Shown: positions 63,108-64,000 of the stretch, piece after piece
Layout: the number at the start of each line of letters is the position of its first letter
How positions within the stretch are numbered: position 1 is the stretch's first letter
Virus record (IMG/VR): IMGVR_UViG_3300020045_010129
Span: 2,688-66,687 of that record
DNA: 64,000 nucleotides
Direction: 5' to 3' (one strand)
DNA from: a virus
Taxonomy: Duplodnaviria > Caudoviricetes
The notes under the pieces: generated by a model
What the model was told of the DNA's origin: nothing
The model's database searches: none
Seen by the model: the letters and a program-made list of their open reading frames with translations, nothing else
Program-made: the position numbers and the translations under genes

Positions 63108-64000
63108 GTGATTTTATAAAAGCTAGATTAGCAAAAGATAAACCACACTTACTCAAGACGAAGAAATATCTTATTGATAATGATTGGACAGAACTACCTG
63201 CAATAATAGATTCAGAAAAAGGTAAAAAAGCTTATAATCCTAAAGAGGAAGAGTTCAATGTTCAATCTTTAGCTATAGGTATTGTTATAGACAGATTAAA
63301 ATATTTTGTCAATAAGAGTAAAGCAGACCACCACGAAGTTATTTTTAAAAAGTCTGTAAAAGAGTATCTTAAAGTAATAGACATCCATCTTAGTAGAATA
63401 GACAATTATGTAAATAACACTTCCCTCGCTGAGATTAAAACAACTGATTTAAAGAAAGAGGAGATGAAATTCACCTCTATACTTACGGGGAAATATAACA
63501 GTATAGATGACACACTTTCGGCTTTAAATATTAAAGAAGATACTGAAGATACAACTACAATACAGTTTCACGAAAACACCAAGATTGCTCAGTTGTGCAT
63601 GTTAGATATTCTATATGAAGAATTCCCATTAATCAAAAGAAAAATCGATGCTATGGGACTAGATTTAACGTCCCCACCTAAAAATGAGATGCATATAGAT
63701 AATCCGAATCCGCCGAAATGGAATAAAGAGAAGCATTTTTTCGAGCAAACTCCACAAACTTTACAGTATTACATAGACGAGTTTAAAAAACTCCGCAATG
63801 GAATAACAATAGACGGCTTAGATATAGAACCATGGTTATACTTCCACATAAATCATTTTGTAACCGAGATTCCAACAACAACTGTGAATGAGATAACGGG
63901 CGAAAAAAAGATTGGAAAAAAAGTAAGAGTGCCTGAATTAAGAGATAATGAATGGTACATAATTCAAGAGAGTTATAGGAAAGCAAGAAAGACTGAAAAA
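63104..64000 (+). CDS. terL: Terminase large subunit, N-terminal part; runs off the right edge
   Basis: Not in the ORF track. Open from ATG 63104 (ATGA overlap) to the edge; ...PPKWNKEKHFFEQ...YYIDEFKKLRNGITIDG...PWLYFHINHF...PELRDNEW resembles the pre-ATPase region of Bacteroidota-phage TerL. The Walker motifs lie outside the window. Confidence 0.6.
   Translation, partial: MSDFIKARLAKDKPHLLKTKKYLIDNDWTELPAIIDSEKGKKAYNPKEEEFNVQSLAIGIVIDRLKYFVNKSKADHHEVIFKKSVKEYLKVIDIHLSRIDNYVNNTSLAEIKTTDLKKEEMKFTSILTGKYNSIDDTLSALNIKEDTEDTTTIQFHENTKIAQLCMLDILYEEFPLIKRKIDAMGLDLTSPPKNEMHIDNPNPPKWNKEKHFFEQTPQTLQYYIDEFKKLRNGITIDGLDIEPWLYFHINHFVTEIPTTTVNEITGEKKIGKKVRVPELRDNEWYIIQESYRKARKTEK

Noticed and set aside
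1-64000. CRISPR array
   Set aside because: No regularly spaced identical repeats with unique spacers; the PD-(D/E)XK gene has no cas context.

Overview
A 64 kb, very AT-rich segment of a large lytic dsDNA phage that infects a Bacteroidota host, most likely a flavobacterium. The host call rests on many TTG-N19/20-TAnnTTTG housekeeping promoters and A-rich leaders without Shine-Dalgarno sites. Positions 1 to ~57.5 kb are transcribed on the minus strand. They carry replication and recombination genes (family A DNA polymerase N-terminus, DnaB-like helicase, BT4734/VirE_N-type primase, RecA, probable SSB, exonucleases), RNA repair genes (Thg1-like protein, RNA ligase), an RNA cluster near 16.3-16.9 kb, several free-standing homing endonucleases and well over 100 small orphan ORFs. 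After a strand switch at ~57.5 kb come an HU-like protein, GroEL, a zinc-repeat endonuclease and the start of the large terminase. Strongest unexplained signals: (1) a degenerate ~40-bp palindrome, CTG-T-rich arm/CG core/A-rich arm-CAG, scattered through intergenic and coding DNA; (2) a 146-nt tRNA-Ala/tmRNA-like RNA with G3:U70, next to a tRNA(CAU) with an aberrant T-arm and a multibranch ncRNA; (3) a recurring leader in which an upstream segment can pair with the loop of a terminator-like hairpin; (4) orphan antitoxin-like genes (Xre/MbcA/ParS domain, NADAR) and a stand-alone RNA polymerase alpha-CTD. All protein calls come from motif recognition by eye; no database searches were run.
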